A program made the translations under genes and the position numbers. The notes beneath the pieces were generated by a model. The model saw nothing but the letters and a program-made list of their open reading frames with translations. It made no database searches and was not told where the DNA came from. From positions 1 to 64,000 of IMG/VR virus record IMGVR_UViG_3300031820_000003: DNA of 64,000 nt, one strand, 5' to 3'. Of this stretch, positions 46,286 to 54,845 are shown piece by piece (the stretch's first letter is position 1; the number at the start of each line of letters is the position of its first letter). The DNA comes from a virus. Taxonomy: Duplodnaviria; Caudoviricetes.

Positions 46286-46459
46286 ATGAACCGATGCGAA
46301 AAATGTGGGTCAACCACGGAACACGTGTGCTCCTGGGTTTGTGTGGATATTTGCCCGAAATGCGATGGGTGGCCTGATTCAACTTGCCCTACGGATCGAT
46401 TCTGTCAGCCTGATGCGGCATCAAAACAGGAGATTGATCATGGCAACGAAGTTGATTGA
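46286..46459 (+). CDS. Cys-rich microprotein (57 aa)
   Basis: MNRCEKCG..C..C..CPKC..C..C. Confidence 0.4.
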   Translation: MNRCEKCGSTTEHVCSWVCVDICPKCDGWPDSTCPTDRFCQPDAASKQEIDHGNEVD

Positions 46460-46637
46460 TGTTCAGCCCGGAGACGCTCTGATTGCCGATGCTGGATTTA
46501 CGTGCGTGAAGCCGGGAAGGGTTTCCGTGAAGAAGAGTGACAATGGCCTCTACTTTGACTGCAGCGAGGGCCGGCATTACCTCGACGGGCAGGTCAATGA
46601 CGAAGGCAGCCTTGTAGGATTGAGGCGCATCGACTAG
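46440..46637 (+). CDS. Hypothetical protein
   Basis: AGGAG RBS, MATKLIDV. Confidence 0.6.
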   Translation: MATKLIDVQPGDALIADAGFTCVKPGRVSVKKSDNGLYFDCSEGRHYLDGQVNDEGSLVGLRRID

Positions 46638-46650
46638 CGCGCGGCTATAG

Positions 46651-46857
46651 ATGAACACCGTCCGCAAAACCCGCCTGCAGCGGAAAATGACCCAGCGCGA
46701 TCTTGCCGGAAAGGTCGGCACGAGCCAGCAGCAGATCCAGCGCATCGAGAACGGGCAGACGCCTACGCTCGAGCTGGCGTGCAGGATTTCCAGCGCACTC
46801 AAGGCTGAACTGACAGAGTTGTTCCCGATTGAGACGCGCGCACTCAATAGGAAATAG
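46651..46857 (+). CDS. XRE HTH regulator
   Basis: MTQRDLAGKVGTSQQQIQRIENG. Confidence 0.85.
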   Translation: MNTVRKTRLQRKMTQRDLAGKVGTSQQQIQRIENGQTPTLELACRISSALKAELTELFPIETRALNRK

Positions 46858-46862
46858 ATGAT

Positions 46863-47210
46863 ATGTGCTCGTGTCCTGAGCGGCCGAAATGCGAATGGGA
46901 CTGGTGCGATGAGCCTGCAGACTGGTCCGTTTACCAACCTCAATGGGGATCACGCCCCCAGCGCTTCAAGCTCATGTGCGATGAGCACTACGGATGGTAC
47001 TGCGAGAAAATTCCCGGCATCGACCGTCCGGACGGAGCGGATGAATACTGGCGCTCATCACTCGCCGATTCGCTGCGCTTTGGGATGATCAAGACGGCAT
47101 TCGAGGACCGGCAGAATGGGAGAAAGCCGCTAGCGATCGAGGATACGGGCTACAAGCGAAAATACACCTTCGAACAGTTGAAGCAGATAGTCCAATCGAG
47201 ACATAGATGA
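46863..47210 (+). CDS. Cys-containing hypothetical protein
   Basis: CEWDWC..MCDEH motif. Confidence 0.55.
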   Translation: MCSCPERPKCEWDWCDEPADWSVYQPQWGSRPQRFKLMCDEHYGWYCEKIPGIDRPDGADEYWRSSLADSLRFGMIKTAFEDRQNGRKPLAIEDTGYKRKYTFEQLKQIVQSRHR

Positions 47211-47419
47211 TGAGTAACCGAGAAAAGATTACCATGCTCCCGGGCAGTCAGCCCGACCTCAAGATCATGATGGCCATGGTGTGCGAGGAATATCCTGGCG
47301 TGAGCCGTGGTATCGTGATCGTGTTCGATGAGAACGGCGACATGCACACGAATTTCCGGTGCAACGATCAGGAGATGGCCTTAGCTGGCGCTCGGTTGCT
47401 TCACCTTGCAAACACTTGA
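47207..47419 (+). CDS. Hypothetical protein whose 3' half forms the direct repeat
   Basis: 70 aa; last 111 nt identical to window 1-111. Confidence 0.65.
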   Translation: MMSNREKITMLPGSQPDLKIMMAMVCEEYPGVSRGIVIVFDENGDMHTNFRCNDQEMALAGARLLHLANT

Positions 47420-47430
47420 TTCACAAGAGA
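47309..47430 (+). repeat. Direct repeat copy 2; block 1/block 2 junction
   Basis: Identical to 1-122. Confidence 0.97.
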
Positions 47431-47437
47431 CGACACA

Positions 47438-47569
47438 ATGAGACTCAATGCAATCCTAACGTGGCTAGCCCTGCTGACCACATGGATTTGGTTGCTAAAT
47501 GTCGCTATTGACGCAAAATTTTCGCGTGAGGTCATCAATATTTTAGCTGGGCACGCTGACGCGAAGTAA
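47438..47569 (+). CDS. 43-aa single-TM microprotein
   Basis: MRLNAILTWLALLTTWIWLLNVAIDAK... Confidence 0.45.
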   Translation: MRLNAILTWLALLTTWIWLLNVAIDAKFSREVINILAGHADAK

Positions 47570-47584
47570 TGCCTAATGGGTCAA

Positions 47585-48061
47585 TCATTTTCCGTTCATC
47601 GGTACCATGACGCGCTGACGTAAACCGTCCAGCTCCAGGCGAAGATTCTTCAACTCGTCGGCGACTGTAAAGGTAGAATTTGACTTGCGGTCGATTTCCT
47701 CTGATCGAATCTCAAGGTGATCGATCCTTTTCTCCAGCGTCGTCACCGAAGTCAACGTGCTCGTGCGTCGGTTTTGCTCAGTCTCGATCCGCAGAATATG
47801 GGCATCAGCCCTTTCGAGGTCGCGGCGCAGGGCAGAGAGATCGTGATCCACGGTCTTCTTGTACTCGTCGTTGGTCTGGATAGACGTGTAGAGCTTTGCA
47901 AGCTGGTCGCCGTCCTTCTCGCGCCCAGCCTCAAGCTTCTCGATCCGAACCGATTGCGGCACGATGACAACCGAATAAATGCCCCCGGCGGCTATAGCAA
48001 CGGCGCTGATAGCACCGATCATGGTCCTTATCCAATCGGCGCCATTGTTCGGTGCGGGCAT
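47585..48061 (-). CDS. TM plus coiled-coil protein (i-spanin-like topology)
   Basis: N-terminal TM segment then a long heptad repeat; end of the block-2 late operon. Confidence 0.55.
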   Translation of the reverse strand: MPAPNNGADWIRTMIGAISAVAIAAGGIYSVVIVPQSVRIEKLEAGREKDGDQLAKLYTSIQTNDEYKKTVDHDLSALRRDLERADAHILRIETEQNRRTSTLTSVTTLEKRIDHLEIRSEEIDRKSNSTFTVADELKNLRLELDGLRQRVMVPMNGK

Positions 48062-48063
48062 TC

Positions 48064-48420
48064 TCAGCCATTATTCTTGATCATCCCGACACCATGCCGA
48101 AGTTCGTCGTACCACTTGGTCAGCGTCGTGATTTGTGACTGGAGATTCTCAATCTCTTTCTTCTGAACCGCAACCGTAGTCACAACCTCGTTGAGCTTCT
48201 TCAGCTCATCCTTCATCTCGGTAATTTCTTCAGTCTGTTGCCTGCTGACCGCCTCGAATGTTCCGGCCATTCTTCCCATCTTTACAATGATAGCACCGAG
48301 AGCCAGGCCGCCTCCGATTATCTCAACCGCGACTTTTGTGTATTCCAGAATTTCCGTTTCAAGCGCCATTCCCATCGCCTCAAAAGAGAAGGGAGGCGCA
48401 GGATAGCGCCTCCCCATCAA
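48064..48420 (-). CDS. TM plus coiled-coil protein (holin/spanin-like)
   Basis: IIGGGLALGAIIV then coiled coil. Confidence 0.55.
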   Translation of the reverse strand: MMGRRYPAPPFSFEAMGMALETEILEYTKVAVEIIGGGLALGAIIVKMGRMAGTFEAVSRQQTEEITEMKDELKKLNEVVTTVAVQKKEIENLQSQITTLTKWYDELRHGVGMIKNNG

Positions 48421-48456
48421 CTCGATTACTCCCCTACTGGATTTACTCTACGCAAC

Positions 48457-49212
48457 TCAAAGCTTGTATTCGAGCGTGAGCATCTGCGTCAGGAAGTTGT
48501 ACTTCGCCGTGCTGGTCGCGATCGGAACGGTGCCGCCCGTGGGCGTGACCGTCAGCGAGCGCGAACCGAGGTCGGTGTATCGCCCCTCGATGCCGACGTT
48601 CAGGTGATCAGTGAAGGCGTACTTCATGAATGCGCCGAAGTCCCACCCGATGCTCGTATCCGAAATCGCCTGCGTGCAGTTCGTCCCGCCGGCACACGCC
48701 CCAGCCGCCGTCAGGTTCGGCTTGGCGCCACCGAAGGCAAAGCCGCCCTTGACGCCCACGAGGAGCTTCGGATCAAGGCCGGCATAGCCGAGCTCGACAT
48801 TGACCGCGCCCAGGTAGTTCGTCTGGTTGCTGATGCTGAGCACCGGGATGCCGCCAGTGGCAAGCGTGGAACCATTCTGAAGGTTCATCACGCCGATGTC
48901 GGCCTCGGCACCGAGCACCCATGGCGAGCCTTGCTGCTGGAAGAATACCTCAAGGCCGCCACCGAACCCAGGACCATGCGGAATGGAAGCCAGGTTGATG
49001 GTGGTCGGCGTGGGCGAGGTCGGGGCGATGGTGGTATCCATCCCGGCAAAGTTTGCCGAGTAGGAACCATAGCCCCAGATATAGAAGCCGCTCCAATTGA
49101 ACGACCCCACCGGAGCTTTGTAGACCGGCTGCGGAGTGGCCAGCTTCAGGTCGGCAGCGCCGGCCGGTGAAATCGTCAGAATCAACGCAGAGGCAAGCAG
49201 GAAATTTCGCAT
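48457..49212 (-). CDS. Outer-membrane beta-barrel, Omp25/Omp31/RopB-like
   Basis: Signal ending AGA-ADL, YKAP, FNWSGFYI, EGRYTDLG, C-terminal LEYKL. Confidence 0.9.
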   Translation of the reverse strand: MRNFLLASALILTISPAGAADLKLATPQPVYKAPVGSFNWSGFYIWGYGSYSANFAGMDTTIAPTSPTPTTINLASIPHGPGFGGGLEVFFQQQGSPWVLGAEADIGVMNLQNGSTLATGGIPVLSISNQTNYLGAVNVELGYAGLDPKLLVGVKGGFAFGGAKPNLTAAGACAGGTNCTQAISDTSIGWDFGAFMKYAFTDHLNVGIEGRYTDLGSRSLTVTPTGGTVPIATSTAKYNFLTQMLTLEYKL

Positions 49213-49332
49213 GTCGCTCTCCCTTGGCGCATCGCGCGCCCTACCCTGCTTGGCTATTAGCTAGCGAACTAACGTAAAGCAAAAAATGAGTCCTGACTGA
49301 TTTTGTCAAAACCCGTTGCATAAATGCCACTA

Positions 49333-49707
49333 TTACGGCATGACCTTGGGATGCGTGGCCATCGCGGCTGAGGCTTGCCCCGCAATGACGTTGAGAACCT
49401 CGGGGATATTGGCGATCTTGTCCGCCACCGCCGCTGTCTTGGATGGCTCGGACACCGCTGCTGTGGCCTGCGTGGTTACCACCATGGTATTCGGCAATGC
49501 GCCAGCGGATGCCTTCAGGCCAGCATTGCGGCGCACCCAGACTCCCCAAATGGTTGGCGCAACGGTGACGATCGACCCGGTTAGGGTGGTCATGCTCGTG
49601 AGCAATACGGATTCGTCCCCCGCAGTCATCAGGCCGCGAGTGACGAGGACGCCGCCCAAAATCTGCAACACGGTACGCACAAGCATCAGGATTTGCTCCT
49701 GGTTCAT
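49333..49707 (-). CDS. Putative holin
   Basis: QILMLVRTVLQILGGVLVTRG, second TM segment ending WGVW. Confidence 0.65.
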   Translation of the reverse strand: MNQEQILMLVRTVLQILGGVLVTRGLMTAGDESVLLTSMTTLTGSIVTVAPTIWGVWVRRNAGLKASAGALPNTMVVTTQATAAVSEPSKTAAVADKIANIPEVLNVIAGQASAAMATHPKVMP

Positions 49708-49806
49708 GTCAGGCTCCACAATAAGAGGAAGAGAGGCCGCCAATACAGATTAGCGGCGATGATTACGCATACGGAAAGCAACAAGAAACCTATCGCTGCC
49801 GCAGTA

Positions 49807-50058
49807 TCATTCACGCGGCTTGCTGACTTTGTTGGGCGTCACCGATGAAAACGGAACAATCCCTCCCCACCAAAAATGGCATGTGAGGAATCCGGTTATG
49901 AAACCGGCGATCCATGGGAAGGCAGGGAAGTATGCGGAGATCGTCCAGACGAACCGCGATAGCGTGGCCGTGTTGTCATAGAGGGAATACGCTTCCATGA
50001 CCGAGAACGACACGACGAGGATCAGCAGCCACGCCGCCCACTTCCAGTAACCCTTCAC
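49807..50058 (-). CDS. Small two-TM membrane protein
   Basis: Coupled to the endolysin stop. Confidence 0.6.
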   Translation of the reverse strand: MKGYWKWAAWLLILVVSFSVMEAYSLYDNTATLSRFVWTISAYFPAFPWIAGFITGFLTCHFWWGGIVPFSSVTPNKVSKPRE

Positions 50059-50648
50059 GCGATTGCCCCTTGCACCATCTTAACCGCCGTCGCGGCGATT
50101 TCCTTGTCTCGCCTGATCCAATCGCCACCGAATCTGCCGAACGTGCGGAAGCTGCGATACACTGCGGCCCGACGACCCTCCTCATCAAGGATCACAGCGG
50201 GCACATCCTTGATGGCCATGACCCTGAGATTGGTCTGCGGCCCCCATGCGCCATCCGCCGTAATGCCGAGGCTCGCCTGCAGCAGCATAATCATGCGCCG
50301 CGTCCCCATGTTCACGCGAGTATCAAAGCAGAACAGGTCGAGGCCGATCGGCAGTCTCGGGCAGAACGGCAGCCAATAGCTATCGTAGTAGATCGTGGTG
50401 CCGATCTCCTCTCCTATGTGCCGCACGTCGCCTTCAGGAAGCCCATGCGCTTCGCAGTACTCGTCATAGTCAGCGTGAGTCAGGCCGCATTGCGTGGCCC
50501 CACCGGGGTCTTGCGGGTCATTGTCGAAGTTCCTAGGATTGGTCCAGTCGGCCGACGTGCCGGTGTAGACATTGCATTCTTGCTGAAGCACGAATGGGAG
50601 GCAGATTTGAAATCGCGGGTCCATCCAGTTTTCCTTGATGTCATCCAA
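50055..50648 (-). CDS. Endolysin, GH108 plus peptidoglycan-binding region
   Basis: DPGGATQCG, IYYDSYW, FD..VNMG, ADGAWGPQT, FG.DW..R. Confidence 0.88.
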   Translation of the reverse strand: MDDIKENWMDPRFQICLPFVLQQECNVYTGTSADWTNPRNFDNDPQDPGGATQCGLTHADYDEYCEAHGLPEGDVRHIGEEIGTTIYYDSYWLPFCPRLPIGLDLFCFDTRVNMGTRRMIMLLQASLGITADGAWGPQTNLRVMAIKDVPAVILDEEGRRAAVYRSFRTFGRFGGDWIRRDKEIAATAVKMVQGAIA

Positions 50649-50741
50649 TGTGTGCTGACCGGGACTTTCTACGGAATTGTCGCAGCCTTTTTCATTATCG
50701 GCATATTGGTAAGCGCCGGGGCGCTTCCTTGATGGACGTTC

Positions 50742-52199
50742 TTATGTCAGCGGAACAATGATAATCACAACGTCAGCAGTCGCAGCCGACCCCTGCGCAG
50801 TGCCGATCCTCACCTGAAGCGTTGCATCGTTGTAGGCTTCTGTGCCGGCATTGGTGATCGTCAGATTTTGCGAATTGTTGTTCGTATCAGCGGCCGTTGC
50901 TGTGACCGTGACGGCCTGATTGGCGGCAATGGTCTGGCCGCCACCGCCAGTCCCCGTGAACACGCCTATCGTCGCGGTAGAGATCGATGCGCTGGCGTTG
51001 TTGAGGCGAACACTTTGGACTTGATATCGAGAAACCCCTGGCGGCAACGGAACGGGAATAGCGTTATCGGTATTGGCTGAGTTGAAATTAACGCCCGTCA
51101 GCTTGATGCGGGTAAACCCGATCTGGTCAAAGGTGGCGACAGTTAGCCCTTTGCTGAGAATGCCACCAGTGCCGTCAACGCTGAAACCGTTGGATTTGAA
51201 TGCGCTTCCAGAAAACGTGAAGCCTGTGAAGTCGACGCCGTGGGTTACGTTGAACGTGCCGAGGGTTTCAAGATGCGTCCCAATAACGGTGCCGCTCGAA
51301 GCGATCGGAGGTAAGCCGTTGGCGGCAGTTTCCGCAAAGCTAATACCCTGCTTCCAACCAAGTCCGGGACCGTAGACCCCTGTCGCTCCCCCCGTGTAAA
51401 ACACCAGGCCAGCATCGCTGGACGCACCAACAACTTGGGTAAAATTGGCGATGTTGACGCCCCAATTGTATTTGGCCGTTCCTCCAGTTGCTCCATAGTT
51501 GTCAACTTCGGCTCCAGACGCGACAAACAAGTTCGTCGCAGCAGCACTTACGCGGACTTGTGGGTTGGCGCCAAAGTAAGCCCCAAGCGCACCAGCGCCG
51601 GTATTCGTGCCTCCATCTCCGGTGCGAGTGTCAGATATGGAAGAGCCGCCTGTGTAGTTTCGGTTTGTATTGCTGGCGTTCGTTATTGCTGTTTGTACCA
51701 ACCACCCAAAAATCGGGACCCGGCCGCCTGTCGCTGCTGATCCGCCGAAAATATGGACGATCTCGAAATCGTAGAGAATCCCGGCTCCGACAGCGCCGTT
51801 ATCCGATGGAATAAAAATGCCATCCATGGCGGTGCTGGATGTGCCGCTGCCACCCGCAAAGCCGGGGAATGTCGATCCTGAAATGCTCTGATTGATGAGC
51901 AGCCCTTGAGTCGTCGAATTGGCCGGCGGGCTTATCACTAACGGCGTCGAATTCCCGACAATCGAGCCGACTGCCGACAGCGGCACCTGAAAGAAAGTCT
52001 TGGCTACGCTGTCATATCCGAGCAAATAGTCTGTCGGGAAATTTGCGGTCTGTGGAGGGTTCTGAATTCCAAGATTGGAGATGTTGAAGCCGACAGTCCA
52101 GATGCCGTTCTGCTTGGTGATGGTGACTGGACCTGTGCCTGTCACCAGCGCCGGGAATGGCACATTGGTATTGAGGCGGATTGTTGCGGGAGCGGCCAT
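50742..52199 (-). CDS. Tail fibre/spike protein
   Basis: Gly/Thr-rich beta protein with a jelly-roll-like C-terminus; no leader. Confidence 0.65.
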   Translation of the reverse strand: MAAPATIRLNTNVPFPALVTGTGPVTITKQNGIWTVGFNISNLGIQNPPQTANFPTDYLLGYDSVAKTFFQVPLSAVGSIVGNSTPLVISPPANSTTQGLLINQSISGSTFPGFAGGSGTSSTAMDGIFIPSDNGAVGAGILYDFEIVHIFGGSAATGGRVPIFGWLVQTAITNASNTNRNYTGGSSISDTRTGDGGTNTGAGALGAYFGANPQVRVSAAATNLFVASGAEVDNYGATGGTAKYNWGVNIANFTQVVGASSDAGLVFYTGGATGVYGPGLGWKQGISFAETAANGLPPIASSGTVIGTHLETLGTFNVTHGVDFTGFTFSGSAFKSNGFSVDGTGGILSKGLTVATFDQIGFTRIKLTGVNFNSANTDNAIPVPLPPGVSRYQVQSVRLNNASASISTATIGVFTGTGGGGQTIAANQAVTVTATAADTNNNSQNLTITNAGTEAYNDATLQVRIGTAQGSAATADVVIIIVPLT

Positions 52200-52200
52200 G

Positions 52201-52908
52201 CTAGTTCGTCGTGCCGCCGTACAACACGGGCAGCCTCCCTGTGAATATCTGGCGCGTGTTCACGCTATCGGTCATGGTCATGCAGGCCAGGAACGTCCGC
52301 GCATAGGTGTTGGATTGCGAGTTGTAGGGAACATCCAGGATGGTCCTGAAGACGCTCTCCGGGATGGAGATTTGGAAAAAGCCGATATCGATGATCGTGA
52401 TGCCGTTCCCGAGGCCAGCTACCAGGATTGGCCCCTGGTCGTCAGGCGTGCCGAAGTCGTACCAGGCGATATAGCCAGAACCCGTATTGTTGGGCGTCTC
52501 GCCGCGTATCTCGAACTGGAATGTCCATCCGATCTGGCAAACCAGTGCGCCGTTCGAGCTCGTATAGCTCGTCACGTAGCCGACCATCGTATTAAGGCCG
52601 GTCGCTGTATCGGCAATGGTGACGGGATCGCCGGGCTTGATGCCGAGGCCCGCGCCGACAGTCAACGGAAGAGCGGATAGCTGGCTGCCGATCGGGAATG
52701 TCGGGATGGTGATCGGCGTGGTGGATGTGGTGACGATCGCGCCATCGGTGACGGTCCACGCGCTCGACGTGAAACTCGAGCCAGGATTGGCGAGCGTCGT
52801 GCCGCTCAGATTGATGGGCGAGCCCGTATCGTCATCGAACAGCGAACCAAATGTGAGGAAGTCCTCCCGGTTCGTGAACTGCGGGAAGTAGACCGGAGTT
52901 GAGTACAT
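52201..52908 (-). CDS. Tail/fibre-associated Ig-like protein
   Basis: D..G.PINLSG..GITI...G.F.I.IP pattern. Confidence 0.5.
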   Translation of the reverse strand: MYSTPVYFPQFTNREDFLTFGSLFDDDTGSPINLSGTTLANPGSSFTSSAWTVTDGAIVTTSTTPITIPTFPIGSQLSALPLTVGAGLGIKPGDPVTIADTATGLNTMVGYVTSYTSSNGALVCQIGWTFQFEIRGETPNNTGSGYIAWYDFGTPDDQGPILVAGLGNGITIIDIGFFQISIPESVFRTILDVPYNSQSNTYARTFLACMTMTDSVNTRQIFTGRLPVLYGGTTN

Positions 52909-52926
52909 ATCAGAGCTTTATATTGA

Positions 52927-52955
52927 TTGACAGGTGTGCCAGAGGTTCATATGGT
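52927..52955 (+). promoter_or_regulatory. Sigma70-type promoter for the inverted HNH gene
   Basis: TTGACA-17-TATGGT, 5 nt before the ATG at 52961. Confidence 0.6.
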
Positions 52956-52960
52956 CTATA

Positions 52961-53470
52961 ATGCCTGTGAAACCAAAGCCATTGCCGCCTCTTTCAGTGC
53001 TCAAAGCGGCCTTCCTGCATGATCCAAAAACAGGTCGGCTGATCAACAAAGTTTCGCGGACTTCTCGCAAGGCCGGAGAATTTGCTGAGTCGTACAATGT
53101 TGCTGGATATGCAGTCGTCCACTTGAACGGAAAGAATTATCTTGCTCATCGCGTTATTTGGAAAATGATTTACGGAAAGGACCCAGTCGGTTATCTCGAT
53201 CATAAGAATTCTAAGGACCGTTCTAATAACCGAAAAGACAATCTTCGCGAAGCAACACATCAACAAAATATGTTCAATCTGCGCGTTCGCCGGGATAGTT
53301 CTACTGGCATTAAGGGCGTCCACCGTAGGAAGGGAAGCGGCAAGTTTCGCGCCTATATTTCCGTCAGTGGGCGCCGAGAATGGCTTGGAAACTTCCCAAC
53401 CATTGAAGAAGCGGCAGCGGCCGTCCGTCAACGGCGGATCGAAATCCATGGAGCCTATGCAAGTCATTGA
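52961..53470 (+). CDS. HNH-AP2 homing endonuclease, antisense to the late operon
   Basis: HDPKTG, YLAHRVIW, LDHKN..NN...NLREAT..QN, TGIKGV..F.A.I..LG.F. Confidence 0.9.
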   Translation: MPVKPKPLPPLSVLKAAFLHDPKTGRLINKVSRTSRKAGEFAESYNVAGYAVVHLNGKNYLAHRVIWKMIYGKDPVGYLDHKNSKDRSNNRKDNLREATHQQNMFNLRVRRDSSTGIKGVHRRKGSGKFRAYISVSGRREWLGNFPTIEEAAAAVRQRRIEIHGAYASH

Positions 53471-53477
53471 TATATAA

Positions 53478-54539
53478 TCATAATTTCACATACCAACTTC
53501 CCGTCAGCGCGGCGCTCAGGACATTGTGCGAGCTGCCCGAGCCGAGAGCGCTGATTGTGCCGGCGGGCGTAATGGTCACCGTTGGCGTGAAGTTGCCAGT
53601 GTTGAAGGCTGCGAAACCGCCGCCACCGAGAGTGCCTGCGGTGCTCGACGTAACTTGCTGATTGCCGCTCCACGTCTGCTGCGTGCCGGTAAAGGTGGGC
53701 GACACCGCCGGCAACTGCGCCTGTGTTAGCGTATGATTATCCTCGCCCGCGGTCGCGCCCGGCGTTGTCGGCGTATCGCCGCCTGACGTGATGTTCTGCG
53801 CGAGCAGAAGGCCGAGCGGGGCATTGCCCATGTCATCAACACCGACACCGCATATGCGCGCGCGGCAGTCATAGACCGTAATCGTCTTGTTGGCATTGAA
53901 GTCGGCCAAGCCGGATGCGCCCTTGCCGCCCGCGACCGTACAGAGGTGGCAGTTGGTCCACAGATAGACGAACAGAGCTTGCGTATCGGCATTGGCTCGG
54001 CCCGTTGCGCCTGACGTAGCGCTGCCGATCGTCAGCCCATTGGCCTTGACCCATCCGGTGATAGTCTCGCCGGTCGGCCGGAACTTCAGGTCTCCTGTCG
54101 CGAAGATCGTGGTCGGATCGATGCCGCCGCCGCCCCCCGACCCACCTGACGGCCCGATGACGAGCGCGGACGGATAGTCGAACTGCACCACACCTCCCGC
54201 ATCTGTTAGGCGGATGTGGACGGACCCATTGGCGAGGTAAAATGCGGGGACACGGCCATTTGCATCAAGCGGCAAGGGCCATGGATTCTGGATCGTCAGC
54301 GCTGTATCCTGGAACGAGTTCTGACGGGTGGCGACCGTGCCAACCTGATAGAAATACAGCAGGCCGCCAATGAGTGGCGTTCCGCAGGCATTGGCAGCGG
54401 TCGAGCATCCCACGAATGAGAATTGCTGGGTCAGGGAGACCGGCAGCGTGCCTTGCGCCGATGCCGGTGCGTAGCCGAATAGCAATAGGAGGGCAGCAAT
54501 GGTAACTCTTGCTCGTATTGCAGTTAGTTTCATCGTCAT
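53478..54539 (-). CDS. Tail fibre (P22 head-binding-like adapter plus collar) with a Sec-like leader
   Basis: Leader ..TIAALLLLFGYAPASA-Q; G.PL.GG.LYFY..GT, NP.P..LDANGR; collar TGDLK..GWVKANG; AGGA RBS. Confidence 0.8.
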   Translation of the reverse strand: MTMKLTAIRARVTIAALLLLFGYAPASAQGTLPVSLTQQFSFVGCSTAANACGTPLIGGLLYFYQVGTVATRQNSFQDTALTIQNPWPLPLDANGRVPAFYLANGSVHIRLTDAGGVVQFDYPSALVIGPSGGSGGGGGIDPTTIFATGDLKFRPTGETITGWVKANGLTIGSATSGATGRANADTQALFVYLWTNCHLCTVAGGKGASGLADFNANKTITVYDCRARICGVGVDDMGNAPLGLLLAQNITSGGDTPTTPGATAGEDNHTLTQAQLPAVSPTFTGTQQTWSGNQQVTSSTAGTLGGGGFAAFNTGNFTPTVTITPAGTISALGSGSSHNVLSAALTGSWYVKL

Positions 54540-54690
54540 AACAGGGGTCCTGTTTTGGGCAACGTCAGGCGACGATTGGCATTGGCATGACCATCCGTTT
54601 GAACAAACGCTAATCATTTTCTGGCCGTGGTCAGTATTGTTGTTGAGCATTGCGCCTTTGATCATCATCAAAGCGATAGACAACAGATGA
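54499..54690 (+). CDS. Antisense small two-TM protein
   Basis: 63 aa, two hydrophobic helices; start uncertain. Confidence 0.4.
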   Translation: MVTLARIAVSFIVITGVLFWATSGDDWHWHDHPFEQTLIIFWPWSVLLLSIAPLIIIKAIDNR

Positions 54691-54845
54691 TCTTCTTCAT
54701 CGTCTGCTTGGTTTCCGTTTATTCCATCACTGAAGGGATGATCGTGTTCCCTTGGTCGGGCTGGCTATTGCTGGCCCTGATCTTCTGCCGGCGCCGTAAG
54801 TCGACGCTGGACAGCCTGCGTGATGTGCTCGGCCCGGATGCCTAG
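54687..54845 (+). CDS. Antisense small membrane protein
   Basis: MIFFIVCLVSV..WLLLALIFCRRRK; ATGA-coupled. Confidence 0.4.
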   Translation: MIFFIVCLVSVYSITEGMIVFPWSGWLLLALIFCRRRKSTLDSLRDVLGPDA

